Shown piece after piece: positions 8,579 through 21,001 of a stretch of DNA of 64,000 nucleotides (positions within the stretch are counted from its first letter, which is position 1; every line of letters begins with the position of its first letter). Under the pieces are notes generated by a model. That model did no database searches and had not been told where the DNA came from. It was given only the letters and a program-made list of their open reading frames with translations. Origin of the DNA: a virus; the IMG/VR virus record IMGVR_UViG_3300021963_000034, positions 64,001 to 128,000 of that record; one strand, given 5' to 3'. The translations under genes were made by a program, and so were the position numbers.

Positions 8579-11500
8579 TTGGCTATAAATAAGAATTTTG
8601 TAGTAAAGCACGGGTTAGAAGTAAATACTAATCTTATTCTCGCTAAAGCAGAGACTGGTAGAATTGGTATTGGAACCACAAATCCGTCTTCAAGGTTTAA
8701 CGTATATAATACATCCGAGTCTAAAGTAGTAGTTGAAAGTTTAGAGCAAGAAGCTTCGATTGTAATTGATTCTGGAATTACTTCAACCTCTTATATTGAG
8801 TTCAAGCAAGATGGAACTCTAAAGAGTAATATAACATTCGATTCTGCAAATTCTGATTCTTTAGAAATAAATTCTAGAACAAATAAAAATGTCGTAATCG
8901 CAAGTGGTGGAGGTGAGGTCGGTATTGGGACCACTAATCCATCAGCATTATTTCAAGTAGGTCCTGGACCCTCTTCAGTTGTAATTACGAATTCGAGCGG
9001 TATTGGTTCTGTTGGTATTGGTACAGTAACACCAACGTCTAACTTGCATGTAGTTGGAACTACTTTATTAATTGGCGATACAATCCAAACTTCAGGATCT
9101 GTTGGAATTTCAACTAGAAATCCAATTCAGAGATTTCAAATTGGAACCAGAAATGACTTTGTTCCTGCAGTTTCTGTTGCAGGTTCTATCGGTATTTCGA
9201 CTGATATTATCACTGGTATTGATACCTCAGGTATATTTGTTGGATATGAACTTGTAGGAATAACCACGATCGTTTCTGTTGGAACGACAGTAACTTCTAT
9301 AGGTTCTGGAACTGTAGGTATTGGAACCACAACTTTAAATACTACATCTTCTTTAAGTGGTGTATCATTTACATTTGGATTTAGAGACGACAGTAAAGTA
9401 TTCGTAGTCACTTCTGATGCTAAGACTGGTATTGGGACCACAAATCCAACATCAAAACTTCATGTTGTAGGAGATACTTTAGTAACTGGAGTATCTACAT
9501 TTGTAGGATTTTCAACCTTTAATAATGATGTATATGTCGCAGGATTATCAACTTTTGCAAGCAATGTACATCTTCTTGATAATAAAAAGTTATATCTTGG
9601 TGATGGTAATGATTTAGAAATTTATCATAGTGGAACTGATAGTTATATTAAAGATGCTGGAACTGGAAATTTAATTATTAATTCAAATAATGTTCAAATT
9701 AAAAATGCTGCTGACAATGAAACTCTTGCCTCCTTCATTGAGAATGGTCAAGTAGAACTTTATTATGATAATTCTAAGAAGTTTGAAACAATTGGTACTG
9801 GTATAACAATAACTGGAGACACTTTTACAAATCAACTAAGTGTTTCTGGGGTATCTACATTTGTTAATGGAACAGTATTCATTGGATCTGGTACTACCAC
9901 TGGCACCGAATTACAAACGCTTCAAGTAACAGGTGGTGTATATGTTTCTGAAAATATCGGTATTGGAACAACCAGGCCAACATCAAAACTTCAGGTCGTA
10001 GGTACTTCTTTAGTAACTGGTATTGCAACTTTCAAAGATAGAGTTATTTTTGATAGTAAAAATTCAATACAAATTCCTGCAGGAACAACTGCAGAAAGAG
10101 ATTCTGTAGGAACTGCAGTAACTGGTCAAATTAGATACAATACTGAATACTCAACTTTTGAAGGATTTGGACCTGGTGGATCTTGGGGATCCTTGGGTGG
10201 TGTAAGAGACGTTGACGGAAACACTTACATTGTCCCAGAAACAGCACCTGGAGCAAACGAAAATACCTTATTCTTTGTTACTGACGGTACTGAAAAAGTT
10301 CAGATAAATCCAGTTGGTAATGTTGGTATTGCTACAACAAATCCAACATCAAAACTTCATGTCGTTGGCAATACCTTAATAACTGGAGTATCTACATTCA
10401 ATGATAACGTTGTAATTGCAGGAGAACTAAGAGGACCTGCAAACTTTATTATTGATCCAGCAGCAGTTGGTGATAACACAGGTGCTGTAAGAATTAGAGG
10501 TGATTTATATGTAGATGGTACTCAATTCCAAGTTAATTCTTCCACGATTGAATTAGCTGATCTAAGAGTTGGTATTGCCACAACAGTAGGAACTAATTTA
10601 TTACTGGATGGTGGTGGTATTGGTATTGGTTCTACTAATATTCTAAAATCATTTACTTACAATTATTCAAGTGATGCTTTAAAATCAAGTGAGAATTTAG
10701 ATTTAGCATCTGGAAAAGTATACAAAATTGATGGTACTGAATTACTATCATCTAATCAAGTAACTGTTCCAAATGCAAATATTTCGGGAGTTTCTACTCT
10801 TTCGAATACTGTAGTTGGTGGTGCCACAACTCAGTTAGTTGTAAATGGTGATACTAGAATTACTGGTATCTTAACAATAGGATCATCGAGTGTCACATTA
10901 AATGGTACAACTAATGCAATTAATGTTGGAACAGGTCTTACTTTGACTAGCAATGGTATCAACGCTACAGGCATTGTAACTGCATCTACTTTCTACGGTA
11001 CTGGTGGATTTTTAACTCTAGGTGCTCCCGATGATGGTGCATTGACTAGTTCGGGAGCACTCAATACTCTTTCAAGTAGTTCAAAAATAGTTAATAGTAT
11101 TGATGATTTGAATGAGCTAGCATTTAATATTATCAGAAACACTGCTGTAACCAATGTCGATTTTTCATCAAATAGTGTTGCCGGAGGATCTCCTCTTTCT
11201 ATTACACTTTCAGTTACCAGTTCTGGAAATGCTAACCGTTATGATGTTGATTGGGGAGATGGAACAACAACATCTGACTATAGTTCGGCATCTATTCCTC
11301 ACACATATACTCAACCAGCAGGTGGGCAGTTCTCAATATCACTGGTTGCCAAGAATAATACTGGAGTAGGTGCAGGTAGTAGTTATTCTACGTCTAAGAG
11401 TAGTTATATTACAGTATATACTCCAAACCCAACAGTTTCCTTTGATCTATACAGAACATCTACTGGAGGTTCTGTACTTTCAGGAAATGATCTATATGTA

Positions 11501-13432
11501 ATTGAAGGTCAATCTTTATACTTAGATAATAACACTTCAAATACAAATGGAGCAACCGTTAATTATACAATGAACTGGGGTGATGGATCAACGAATGATT
11601 CTATTGCAAATAATACTGCTGCTGGCGGCGCAGATGTTTCTGCTTCAAGACTACAACATACTTGGTCGGATGGAACAAATAGTTCTACAAGTAGAGATAC
11701 ACTTACTTTAACCTTAAATGCACATAATACTGCAGACCCTGCTGTTATTCCTGCTAACGGAACTGCATTATTAAAAGTTTATGATGATGCTCCCACTGCA
11801 CCTGATGGATTAAGTAGTAAAACATTATCAAATGTTACCAGCACTGGAACAAGTCCAAGACTTGTTTCTGGATTTACTGATAATACTGGAGGTACTACAT
11901 TATCTGCTGGCAATGATGTCAATCGTATAACTGGAGGAACTGCCGAAGCTACAGCAACTGCTTCATTTGCTTATAATGCAAACAGTGGAACTCTTACAGC
12001 ACAGGTGAACGGGTCCTCTGATGGTTCTAGAGTATTGACTAGTGGAGATGATTCTGGAACTTATACAAGTCTAGTAATCACTGAAGAAAGTGATTATCAG
12101 TTATTGAATTCTTCTGGTTCAACTACTACCTTTGCAGCAAGTATCTATTATCCTGGACTGTATAAAGGATTTAAGGCAAAAGTTTCAAAAGCAGTTTCTG
12201 CACTAAATGTTGGTGTGAATAGTATGAGACTGCTTCATAGTGTTACTGGTAACACAAACGCAGTGCAGTTTGTTAAGGATGATGTAACTTCTACACCTGT
12301 TGTAAGTATTTCAACTGCAACACTTACAGAAAACGTTGCTGGTACTTATCGCTATGTTTCTGGTATTCCTTATTACAACAGTGGTTCTCCATCTCTTACT
12401 TTATCTGGACTGACTGTTACAAACCTTACAGGACAAACATATACTAACCAATCCGATATTGTTGAAGTTGATACTGGTACAAACCAAGAGGGAACTTCCA
12501 GTGCAGCTACAACAGATAGTGATTATACATATTCTCAAATTAACGGTCCTTCAAGTATGTTAAGTGGTGGGATACCCATTGCTAACGTTGGTGTTTCTTC
12601 TCCTTACGCTACCGGAAGTCTGACTGTTCCAATCACATCCTCAAGTGTAAGAACTGTCGATCGAGTAAGAGTACGTGCTAAGAATGTAAATGGAACTAGT
12701 AGCTATACAAGTGATATTTCTACTAATATTCAAGTTCATACTGCAGCGCAGAGTGGAATTAGTGAAATTTCAATAGCAGTTCCTTCTGGACTTGGTGATG
12801 GAACTTATACTGATAATGGAAAGAGAATTTATGATTTTGGCCCTGGAGTTACTACAACAACTCCTTCTTATAATGGAGCAACTAATTTCTATACTAACAA
12901 TCCATATTCTGAATCATCTTCTCCAGCAGGAATTACTACAACAGCAGAAGCAGTTGTTAGATTGGGTGCTATCACTCACAATCAAGTGAATTATTCTGCT
13001 GGATATCTTCCAGTCGGTCCAGATTTTTCATCTGGAAGAAGTGGAACTCAGTATTTTACTTTTGCATTTAGAAGAAGAGTTGTTGCTAACTTTGATATTA
13101 ACATTACAAGTTCAACTGGTGTTGCTGGTGTTTGGATTGCTGCTCCAGGAACAAGCATAGATACTACAAGTGGATTAAATGGTTGGTTAAGAGCAGATAC
13201 TGCTTATGGAGGTTCTGGAGTTCCTGGTAGTGGGCCGGGTGGAAATGGTTCTGATGGATGTGCTTTCACTAATGGAGATAGAATTCTTACATCAACATCT
13301 TTAAGTGGTGGTTATACTATGACATTAGGTAGCGAAAACATGAGTAATGCTACTGGTAATGTTGTTCTTATAAGAATTGCTTTGAACTCAGGGCAATCCG
13401 TAACAAGTCTTAGTATAGGAGTTGCAGCGTAA
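8579..13432 (+). CDS. tail-fibre-like protein with C-terminal PKD-like module
   Basis: TTG start after GGGGAG; repeated [11 protein letters not shown] fibre motifs; YDVDWGDG and MNWGDG PKD-like motifs. Confidence 0.8.
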   Translation: MAINKNFVVKHGLEVNTNLILAKAETGRIGIGTTNPSSRFNVYNTSESKVVVESLEQEASIVIDSGITSTSYIEFKQDGTLKSNITFDSANSDSLEINSRTNKNVVIASGGGEVGIGTTNPSALFQVGPGPSSVVITNSSGIGSVGIGTVTPTSNLHVVGTTLLIGDTIQTSGSVGISTRNPIQRFQIGTRNDFVPAVSVAGSIGISTDIITGIDTSGIFVGYELVGITTIVSVGTTVTSIGSGTVGIGTTTLNTTSSLSGVSFTFGFRDDSKVFVVTSDAKTGIGTTNPTSKLHVVGDTLVTGVSTFVGFSTFNNDVYVAGLSTFASNVHLLDNKKLYLGDGNDLEIYHSGTDSYIKDAGTGNLIINSNNVQIKNAADNETLASFIENGQVELYYDNSKKFETIGTGITITGDTFTNQLSVSGVSTFVNGTVFIGSGTTTGTELQTLQVTGGVYVSENIGIGTTRPTSKLQVVGTSLVTGIATFKDRVIFDSKNSIQIPAGTTAERDSVGTAVTGQIRYNTEYSTFEGFGPGGSWGSLGGVRDVDGNTYIVPETAPGANENTLFFVTDGTEKVQINPVGNVGIATTNPTSKLHVVGNTLITGVSTFNDNVVIAGELRGPANFIIDPAAVGDNTGAVRIRGDLYVDGTQFQVNSSTIELADLRVGIATTVGTNLLLDGGGIGIGSTNILKSFTYNYSSDALKSSENLDLASGKVYKIDGTELLSSNQVTVPNANISGVSTLSNTVVGGATTQLVVNGDTRITGILTIGSSSVTLNGTTNAINVGTGLTLTSNGINATGIVTASTFYGTGGFLTLGAPDDGALTSSGALNTLSSSSKIVNSIDDLNELAFNIIRNTAVTNVDFSSNSVAGGSPLSITLSVTSSGNANRYDVDWGDGTTTSDYSSASIPHTYTQPAGGQFSISLVAKNNTGVGAGSSYSTSKSSYITVYTPNPTVSFDLYRTSTGGSVLSGNDLYVIEGQSLYLDNNTSNTNGATVNYTMNWGDGSTNDSIANNTAAGGADVSASRLQHTWSDGTNSSTSRDTLTLTLNAHNTADPAVIPANGTALLKVYDDAPTAPDGLSSKTLSNVTSTGTSPRLVSGFTDNTGGTTLSAGNDVNRITGGTAEATATASFAYNANSGTLTAQVNGSSDGSRVLTSGDDSGTYTSLVITEESDYQLLNSSGSTTTFAASIYYPGLYKGFKAKVSKAVSALNVGVNSMRLLHSVTGNTNAVQFVKDDVTSTPVVSISTATLTENVAGTYRYVSGIPYYNSGSPSLTLSGLTVTNLTGQTYTNQSDIVEVDTGTNQEGTSSAATTDSDYTYSQINGPSSMLSGGIPIANVGVSSPYATGSLTVPITSSSVRTVDRVRVRAKNVNGTSSYTSDISTNIQVHTAAQSGISEISIAVPSGLGDGTYTDNGKRIYDFGPGVTTTTPSYNGATNFYTNNPYSESSSPAGITTTAEAVVRLGAITHNQVNYSAGYLPVGPDFSSGRSGTQYFTFAFRRRVVANFDINITSSTGVAGVWIAAPGTSIDTTSGLNGWLRADTAYGGSGVPGSGPGGNGSDGCAFTNGDRILTSTSLSGGYTMTLGSENMSNATGNVVLIRIALNSGQSVTSLSIGVAA

Positions 13433-13433
13433 A

Positions 13434-16106
13434 ATGGCTATTTCAAACGATCAGAAGATAGACTATCTCTGGAAAAAAATTGGTTATGGTAGAGCGAAGA
13501 CTGATACTGCAGCGATTAAGGATGCAGTAAACGAATCAATCTCAAGTGCTTTATTGTTGAGAGGTGATAACGTCTGGGCTCAATCAAATTTAATACCAAC
13601 GACTATTCCCGGTAGCAGTACATCAGTAGTTACTTTATATCCAACATCACTACCCGTCGAATGTACTGCAGATACTACTTCTTCCACAAATAGAACTTGG
13701 AAAACAAACATTACCGATTGGATTCCGCCAGAAATTGGTTCTACTTATCTTGTGAAGGTATACGTTCATACATCAGGCAATGCTGCAACTGCTGCTGCAT
13801 CTGGAACTCAATTAGTCGCTGCGGGTTCTGGTAATAATGATGAGTGGTTCTTCGACTATCAATCAGGAACTTTAAACTTTATTGGAACAAACCTTCCAAG
13901 TGGAGTTAATTTTACTGGCAAGAGTGTTTATATTAGTGGTGCAGTTTATAGTGGAATTAAAGGAGTTCCTGCTGTAGGTTCTGCAAATACCTTTACAAAT
14001 TTAGACTTAACCGGAAACTTAAATGTATCTGGAGTTTCCACATTTGCAGGTGGTATTCGAGGTATTGGCATTCAGTCCGGAAGTGTCAATATAGCAACAG
14101 GGATTATTACTGCGTTAAATTTTGTTGGTTCTGGTAATTCCATTTCATATAATGCAGGAACTAAAGTTGTTGATATTAGTATTGGTGGAGGAAATTGGGA
14201 GTATGAAAATCCAACAAATACCTATCAAAGTGATATTTACCGCTTGAATGGAAATGTTGGCATAGGAACCATAGACCCAACATCAAAACTTGATGTTCGC
14301 GGAAATGTCAATGTTTCTGGAATTGTTACCGCTACTGTTTTTGTTGGTGATGGTTCTGGACTGACTGGCATTACTGCATCTGGATCAGGTATTGTTATTA
14401 AAGATTCTGGATCTCTTGTAGGCACTGCAGGCACAATAGATTTTGGCGATAATTTAACAGTTTCTACAATATCTGCTGGAGTAGTTACTGTCACTTCTTC
14501 TGGCGGTGGAGGATCTTCCCAATGGGAGACAACTGCAGCAGGTATTCATACATTATCTAACGTCGGCATAGGAACCACAAATCCAACAGCAAAACTTCAG
14601 GTTAATGGAAATATAAATTTAAATTATGGAAGCTCAACTACAGCGTCATCTATAACTTGGTCCACCAGTGGCACTGCAAATGTTCTTTTAAAAACTTTTG
14701 GAACATCTAACTCTAATACTTCTATGGTATGGAATAGTGGAAATCTTATTTCCAATCCAACATCTACAAATAGTGTATATATTGGTGCATGGGCATCACC
14801 TAATGCATCAGGAACAAGTAATGTTAGCATTGGATCAGGTTGTGGATACTTACTATCAACTGGGGCTAGCAATGTATTTGTTGGTCAGGGTGCAGCATAT
14901 TTTACAACTGGTTCTAATAATACATTTCTCGGTAGTCAATCTGGAGGTGTAGTTACTAGTGGAAGTAATAATACAATATTAGGTGGGTTTAATGGTAATT
15001 CAGGTGGTTTAGATATAAGAACATCTAATAATAATGTTGTAATTGCTGATGGTAGTGGTAATATAAGATTATATGCAAACTCAACTGGAAATATTGGTAT
15101 AGGAACCACAAATCCAACATCAACCTTTACTGTTGTAGGAAACGCTTTAATATCTGGAGTAACAACTTCCGGTGGATATAACGCAACCACAGGAAATGAT
15201 TATAAAATCAATGAAACTTCAGTTCTTAATGCAACAACTCTAGGTTCTGGAGTTGTTAACTCTTCTCTAACTTCTGTTGGAACTCTAACTTCTCTAAATG
15301 TATCTGGAACAACAACAGCAAATTCTTTTGTAAAGACTGGTGGAACTTCAAATCAATTCTTAAAGGCAGATGGTTCAATTGATACTAATACTTATCTAAC
15401 TTCAGCACTACAAAATGTTGTTGAAGATACTACACCACAACTTGGTGGAAATTTAGACCTTAATAGTAAAAATATTACCGGTACTGGTGATGTTAATATT
15501 ACTGGTGTCGTTACTGCTACTTCATTCTCTGGTTCTGGTGCAAATTTAACTTCTCTAGATGCTTCTAATATTTCTTCGGGAATAGTATCAACTGCTAGAC
15601 TGGCATCAGGAACCGCAGATTCAACGACATATTTAAGAGGAGACCAAACTTGGGCAAGTATTAGTGGCGGTGGTGCAACTCTAAGTAATGACACCACAAC
15701 AGACGCATCTTATTATCCAACATTTTCCAGTGCAACTTCCGGAACATATTCAACTGCTTATGTGTCTGATACGAAATGTACTTTCAATCCATCAACAGGC
15801 ACATTATCAGCGACTCAATTTACATCACTATCGGATAAAACTCAAAAGACCAATATTAGACTCATAGATAATTCAATTGAACTTGTGAAACAACTTGAAG
15901 GAGTTCGTTATGATTGGATAAATAATCAAAAACCTTCAATTGGTGTGATTGCACAAGATATTGAAAAAGTACTTCCAGAAGTAGTTGAAACAAATAGTAA
16001 TGGTTTGAAATCAGTCTCTTATGGAAATATAGTTGGTGTATTAATTGAAGCAATTAAAGAACAACAAATTCGCATTGAAGAGTTGGAGAAAAAGTTAAAT
16101 GCCTAA
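13434..16106 (+). CDS. tail fibre with C-terminal peptidase S74 intramolecular chaperone
   Basis: Fibre motifs, adhesin-head-like N-x-x-(I/V/L)G repeats, [46 protein letters not shown]. Confidence 0.85.
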   Translation: MAISNDQKIDYLWKKIGYGRAKTDTAAIKDAVNESISSALLLRGDNVWAQSNLIPTTIPGSSTSVVTLYPTSLPVECTADTTSSTNRTWKTNITDWIPPEIGSTYLVKVYVHTSGNAATAAASGTQLVAAGSGNNDEWFFDYQSGTLNFIGTNLPSGVNFTGKSVYISGAVYSGIKGVPAVGSANTFTNLDLTGNLNVSGVSTFAGGIRGIGIQSGSVNIATGIITALNFVGSGNSISYNAGTKVVDISIGGGNWEYENPTNTYQSDIYRLNGNVGIGTIDPTSKLDVRGNVNVSGIVTATVFVGDGSGLTGITASGSGIVIKDSGSLVGTAGTIDFGDNLTVSTISAGVVTVTSSGGGGSSQWETTAAGIHTLSNVGIGTTNPTAKLQVNGNINLNYGSSTTASSITWSTSGTANVLLKTFGTSNSNTSMVWNSGNLISNPTSTNSVYIGAWASPNASGTSNVSIGSGCGYLLSTGASNVFVGQGAAYFTTGSNNTFLGSQSGGVVTSGSNNTILGGFNGNSGGLDIRTSNNNVVIADGSGNIRLYANSTGNIGIGTTNPTSTFTVVGNALISGVTTSGGYNATTGNDYKINETSVLNATTLGSGVVNSSLTSVGTLTSLNVSGTTTANSFVKTGGTSNQFLKADGSIDTNTYLTSALQNVVEDTTPQLGGNLDLNSKNITGTGDVNITGVVTATSFSGSGANLTSLDASNISSGIVSTARLASGTADSTTYLRGDQTWASISGGGATLSNDTTTDASYYPTFSSATSGTYSTAYVSDTKCTFNPSTGTLSATQFTSLSDKTQKTNIRLIDNSIELVKQLEGVRYDWINNQKPSIGVIAQDIEKVLPEVVETNSNGLKSVSYGNIVGVLIEAIKEQQIRIEELEKKLNA

Positions 16107-17307
16107 TCAATTTAATTCGCCAGAAGGAGATTTAGAGAATTATTTTGTGAGTGAATATTGGTTAATTGACCAGTGGGTTGGTGATACCTTATGGAATTGG
16201 GGTCGTAATACTCAAGGACAAATAGGAGACAATACAGCAACCCAAAGAAACACTCCAGTCACAACACTTGCTGGTGGCGCAAATTGGAAACAAGTTAGTA
16301 CTGGAAGTAATGGTAGTCATACAGTAGCAATAAAAACGGATGGAACTCTATGGAATTGGGGTAATAATTTTAGTGGAGGACTGGGAGTCAATTCACCATC
16401 CAATAGATCCACTCCAGTCACAACATTCGCAGGAGGAACCAACTGGAAACAAGTTGCTAGTGGAGGAGGCCATACAGTAGCAATCAAAACTGATGGAACC
16501 CTATGGACTTGGGGTTCTAATTCTTCTGGACAATTAGGAACCAATGGACCAACAGGTTTGGGAGTAGCAAAAAGCACTCCAGTCACCACATTCGCAGGAG
16601 GAACTAACTGGAAACAAGTAAGTGCAGGAAATCTACATACATTAGCAATCAAAACTGATGGAACCTTATGGACTTGGGGTGATAATTATTATGGACAACT
16701 AGGAGACAATACAACAACCAATAGATGCACTCCAGTCACCACATTCGCAGGAGGAACCAATTGGAAACAAGTTGCTGGTGGAAGAGATCATACAGCAGCA
16801 ATCAAAACCGATGGAACCTTATGGACTTGTGGTCGTAATGCTTATGGAGGTTTAGGAGACAATACAACAACCAATAGATCCACTCCAGTCACCACATTCG
16901 CAGGAGGAACCAATTGGAAACAAGTTGCTGGTGGAGGTTCTTATACAGCAGCAATCAAAACTGATGGAACCTTATGGACTTGGGGTCTTACTTCTGCTGG
17001 TCAACTAGGAATCAATAGATCAGGTTTTGGAATAGCAATAACCACTCCAGTCACAACATTCGCTGGAGGAACCAACTGGAAACAAGTTGCTGGTGGAAAC
17101 GGTCATATAGCAGCAATCAAGACTGATGGAACCTTATGGACTTGGGGAAGTAATTTTGCTGGACAACTAGGAAACAATACAACAACCACTAGTTCCACTC
17201 CAGTTACAACATTCGCAGGAGGAACCAACTGGAAACAAGTTTCTGGTGGATATGGACATACAGTAGCAGTCACATCAGGAACAGATCCTACCTTCTTTAT
17301 TTCATAA
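16099..17307 (+). CDS. RCC1/BLIP-II repeat beta-propeller protein 1 (7 repeats)
   Basis: 7 x LWTWG.N..GQLG...[24 protein letters not shown]; start overlaps the fibre stop. Confidence 0.9.
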   Translation: MPNQFNSPEGDLENYFVSEYWLIDQWVGDTLWNWGRNTQGQIGDNTATQRNTPVTTLAGGANWKQVSTGSNGSHTVAIKTDGTLWNWGNNFSGGLGVNSPSNRSTPVTTFAGGTNWKQVASGGGHTVAIKTDGTLWTWGSNSSGQLGTNGPTGLGVAKSTPVTTFAGGTNWKQVSAGNLHTLAIKTDGTLWTWGDNYYGQLGDNTTTNRCTPVTTFAGGTNWKQVAGGRDHTAAIKTDGTLWTCGRNAYGGLGDNTTTNRSTPVTTFAGGTNWKQVAGGGSYTAAIKTDGTLWTWGLTSAGQLGINRSGFGIAITTPVTTFAGGTNWKQVAGGNGHIAAIKTDGTLWTWGSNFAGQLGNNTTTTSSTPVTTFAGGTNWKQVSGGYGHTVAVTSGTDPTFFIS

Positions 17308-17324
17308 ATATTTAAAAAAGACAT

Positions 17325-17969
17325 ATGTACGCACTCGTTAATGGTCAAGAATTAAGATTAGGACCAATTGCATTCAACTATAGAATGATTAATGATGAAC
17401 TAGAAGAACTTGAAGTTGATTTTAGAGTAAAATCTTCTGATTATCAATCAGTTCCTATTTCGGTTACTGATGATATTAAAATTCTTCCTGCGAGATATGA
17501 TAATCCAGAGTATGACCCAAGATTTGAAGGTCTTTCAAATGTATCTCACGAAATCACTGAAACTGAAGTAATTTTTAGACACGATAAGGGTTTTAAATCA
17601 CTTCAACAAATTAAGGATGAATATAAGGCAGCAGTAAAACCAGAAAGACAAAGAAAAGAAAACACTACAATTTCTCTAACTGTAAAAGATACTGAAATTA
17701 CAGTATCAACAAGTAGAGAAAGTAGAATTGAATTGATGTCTAAACTTCTTGGTAATGAAGGTCCTTATAATTTCAAGTTTGCGAATGGTGTATGGGTAGA
17801 AGTGACTAAAGTAGATCTTCAAACTATTATTGCTGCAATTGATGTAAAAGTTCAAGAAGCATATGATTGGGAACTTGCAAAACTTCAAGAAATTGATGCT
17901 TGTGAAACAAAAGAAGCAGTTTATGAAGTTGAAATTACTCCACCTCCAGCAGAAAATCCTGTAGTCTGA
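17325..17969 (+). CDS. DUF4376-like tail-fibre assembly/accessory protein
   Basis: C-terminal [35 protein letters not shown] pattern; late promoter cataaata at 17303. Confidence 0.6.
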   Translation: MYALVNGQELRLGPIAFNYRMINDELEELEVDFRVKSSDYQSVPISVTDDIKILPARYDNPEYDPRFEGLSNVSHEITETEVIFRHDKGFKSLQQIKDEYKAAVKPERQRKENTTISLTVKDTEITVSTSRESRIELMSKLLGNEGPYNFKFANGVWVEVTKVDLQTIIAAIDVKVQEAYDWELAKLQEIDACETKEAVYEVEITPPPAENPVV

Positions 17970-17970
17970 T

Positions 17971-19185
17971 ATGCCAAATCCAACCACTAATTTTAAAGAT
18001 GATTATGGTACTGATTTAGGTAATAAATTAATTACCAAAGAATATTTGATGACTGTTTATCCGCAGATTGGTAATCAATTAATCACTCCGGAATTGTGGG
18101 TTTGGGGGCTTAATTCTTATGGACAACTAGGAGACAATACAACATCCAATAGACGCACTCCAGTCACAACACTGGCAGGAGGGTCCAACTGGAAACAAGT
18201 TTCTGGTGGTGGTAATTATATAGCAGCAATCAAAACCGATGGAACTCTATGGACTTGGGGTCGTAATAATCAAGGACAACTAGGAGACAATACAACAACC
18301 AATAGATCCACTCCAGTCACCACATTCGCTGGAGGATCCAATTGGAAACAAGTTGGTGGTGGAAGTTTTCATACAACAGCAATCAAAACCGATGGAACCC
18401 TATGGACTTGGGGTTTTAATTATTATGGACAACTAGGAGACAATACAACAACCAATAGATCCACTCCAGTCACCACATTCGCGGGAGGATCCAATTGGAA
18501 ACAAGTTTCTGGTTCTTTTCAAGGTAATATTACAGCAGCAATCAAAACTGATGGAACTCTATGGACTTGGGGTCGTAATAATCAAGGACAACTAGGAGAC
18601 AATACAACAACCAATAGATCCACTCCAGTCACCACATTCGCTGGAGGATCCAATTGGAAACAAGTTTCTTGTGGAGGTTATTTCATATCAGCAATCAAAA
18701 CAGATGGAACCCTATGGACTTGGGGTTTTAATTCTTCTGGACAACTAGGAGACAATACAACAACCACTAGATCCACTCCAGTCACAACATTCGCTGGAGG
18801 ATCCAATTGGAAACAAGTTTCTGGTGCATCTAGTCATACAGCAGCAATCAAAACTGATGGAACTCTATGGATTTGGGGTGCTGGTACTACTGGACGACTA
18901 GGAAACAATACAACAACCACTAGTTCCACTCCAGTTACAACATTCGCAGGAGGAACCAACTGGAAACAAGTTTTTGCTGGAGTAAATAATACAGTAGCAA
19001 TCAAAACAGATGGAACCTTATGGACTTGGGGTTCTAATTCTTATGGACAAGTAGGAACCAATAATACAACCACTAGTTCCATTCCAGTCACAACATTCGC
19101 AGGAGGAACCAACTGGAAACAAGTTGCTGGTGGTGGTAATCATATAACAGCAATCAAAACCTCTGACGATTTACAAGGAATCTAA
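17971..19185 (+). CDS. RCC1/BLIP-II repeat beta-propeller protein 2 (7 repeats)
   Basis: Same repeat scaffold, distinct ~40 aa N-terminus. Confidence 0.9.
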   Translation: MPNPTTNFKDDYGTDLGNKLITKEYLMTVYPQIGNQLITPELWVWGLNSYGQLGDNTTSNRRTPVTTLAGGSNWKQVSGGGNYIAAIKTDGTLWTWGRNNQGQLGDNTTTNRSTPVTTFAGGSNWKQVGGGSFHTTAIKTDGTLWTWGFNYYGQLGDNTTTNRSTPVTTFAGGSNWKQVSGSFQGNITAAIKTDGTLWTWGRNNQGQLGDNTTTNRSTPVTTFAGGSNWKQVSCGGYFISAIKTDGTLWTWGFNSSGQLGDNTTTTRSTPVTTFAGGSNWKQVSGASSHTAAIKTDGTLWIWGAGTTGRLGNNTTTTSSTPVTTFAGGTNWKQVFAGVNNTVAIKTDGTLWTWGSNSYGQVGTNNTTTSSIPVTTFAGGTNWKQVAGGGNHITAIKTSDDLQGI

Positions 19186-19209
19186 ATACTTTCAAATACA
19201 ATATTCTAT

Positions 19210-20559
19210 ATGAATCCACTTGAATTGGTTGCAAAGACCTTATATTCATTCAAAGAACAGCAACTAACTTTTGAATTACTTGATGCCTTTGGAAAACAAG
19301 CACAAGTATTTTCACAGTATGATGAAATTGCAAAGATATTTTTTGAACTTAAAAACTTCTCCAAAGCAATTGAATATGGAGAAAAATCTCTTAAACTAGC
19401 ACAAACAAAAGAGGAAAAATATACCACCTCTATGAATTTGATTAATGCTTATAATCAATCAAATCATCCAGAGAAGTCTATTACTCAAATTGAAAAGTGC
19501 AAAAAGATTAATCCGCAAGATACTGAACTTCTTCTGGAAGAAACCTTTGCATATTCTGCACTCAATCAAAAAGAGAAATCAGAAAAACTTCTCTTCAATC
19601 TTCTTCAAAGAAAACTACCAGAAGAGATTGAACGAAAAGCATATCATAATCTATCCGGACATTATTTCCGTAAGGATGATATTCATACAGGACTTCAACA
19701 CTTTCTCAAAGCAGGAGAAGTAGAAGCATATAAAAATCAAAAGCATCCTGATTTTGAGAAGTGGGATGGAACAATTACACCAGGAAGAACTGTAATTATT
19801 GATAATCAATGTGGTGCTGGTGATGAAGTCATTCATATTCGGTTTATGAAACACCTCAAAGACTTGGGAATGAAACCAATTTGGAGTTCTACTCGTAGAG
19901 AACTTGTAGAACTCTTCAAACATAATGGTTATGATGCCGTTTGTATTTGGGACAAACCAGAGTTTCCAAAAGATGCCTGTTGGGTTTATGGTCTTGCACT
20001 TCCTTATTATCTCAATCTCGAATTGAAAGATATTGGAAGAGAACCATATCTCCAAACACTCCCAGAGTATGATAAGAAGTGGGAATGGATGAAAGAAGAT
20101 ACTGGACATAAAGTTGGTATATTCTGGGCATCCAGTTCTGGTTTTGAACAGAACTCTTTCCGTTCGGTGGAACTCAAAGATTATATGAGTGTTCTTGGAA
20201 ACAAAGGATATTCTCTGTATTCACTTCAAACTCATACTGATAACAAAGATGCAAATGATTATCCAGAAATCAAACAATCACTATCAGTTCCTAATAGAGA
20301 GTTTGCTGATACATTCTCAATCATTAAGAACCTGGATTTGGTGGTGACTTCTTGTAGTTTTGTCGCTCACGTTGCAGCATCATTAGGTAAAGAAGTTTGT
20401 GTCTTTGTTCCAATTATGGAATATTATGTTTGGACTTCTTCTACTGGAAAGTGTATGTGGTATGGAGATAACGTTCATCTCTTCCGCCAAAAGAAACCAA
20501 GAACTTGGGATGCACCCATCAAAGAGTTTTGGGAGTTTATGAATGATAGAAGAGTATAA
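19210..20559 (+). CDS. TPR + GT-B (GT9-like) glycosyltransferase
   Basis: Helical TPR-like N-half; WDG..QCGAGDEVIHIRF, VGIFWAS, FADTFSIIKNLDLVVTSCSFVAHVAASLGK, WYG..HLFRQ. Confidence 0.8.
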   Translation: MNPLELVAKTLYSFKEQQLTFELLDAFGKQAQVFSQYDEIAKIFFELKNFSKAIEYGEKSLKLAQTKEEKYTTSMNLINAYNQSNHPEKSITQIEKCKKINPQDTELLLEETFAYSALNQKEKSEKLLFNLLQRKLPEEIERKAYHNLSGHYFRKDDIHTGLQHFLKAGEVEAYKNQKHPDFEKWDGTITPGRTVIIDNQCGAGDEVIHIRFMKHLKDLGMKPIWSSTRRELVELFKHNGYDAVCIWDKPEFPKDACWVYGLALPYYLNLELKDIGREPYLQTLPEYDKKWEWMKEDTGHKVGIFWASSSGFEQNSFRSVELKDYMSVLGNKGYSLYSLQTHTDNKDANDYPEIKQSLSVPNREFADTFSIIKNLDLVVTSCSFVAHVAASLGKEVCVFVPIMEYYVWTSSTGKCMWYGDNVHLFRQKKPRTWDAPIKEFWEFMNDRRV

Positions 20560-21001
20560 TTTATCCTTTCTCAACCTCAATTCCATCAAGAACAAACTAC
20601 TACAAATACAAACTGCTTCTCACGGACTTGTAACAAAAGGTGTTTCCACCTATAATCACGGAATGCCTACTTTGATGTATCCAGAACTGACTGGATTAAA
20701 AAATATTTTCAAACAATATGTTAGAATATATTGTAGAAAGTATGAGATTCCACCTTTAAAGTTTATCAATAGTTGGTTTAATATTTCACAACCAGGAAAT
20801 AAACTCAAAGCACATAAGCACGAAGAAAGTGTTGTGAGTGGAGCATTTTATATTTCTGGTGCAACTCCACTTATCTTTCCAGATACATCAATCAAACCAT
20901 ATCCTGGTTTGTTAGTCATCTTTTCAAGTGATTTAGTTCATTACACAGAAGAAGAAACAGAAGAAAGAATTATTATTAGTTTTAATACAGACTACCTATG
21001 A
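20543..21001 (+). CDS. putative 2OG-Fe(II) oxygenase (TIGR02466-like)
   Basis: SWFNI..AHKH..VSGAFYI..LVIFSSDLVH..RIIISFN. Confidence 0.78.
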   Translation: MIEEYNLSFLNLNSIKNKLLQIQTASHGLVTKGVSTYNHGMPTLMYPELTGLKNIFKQYVRIYCRKYEIPPLKFINSWFNISQPGNKLKAHKHEESVVSGAFYISGATPLIFPDTSIKPYPGLLVIFSSDLVHYTEEETEERIIISFNTDYL

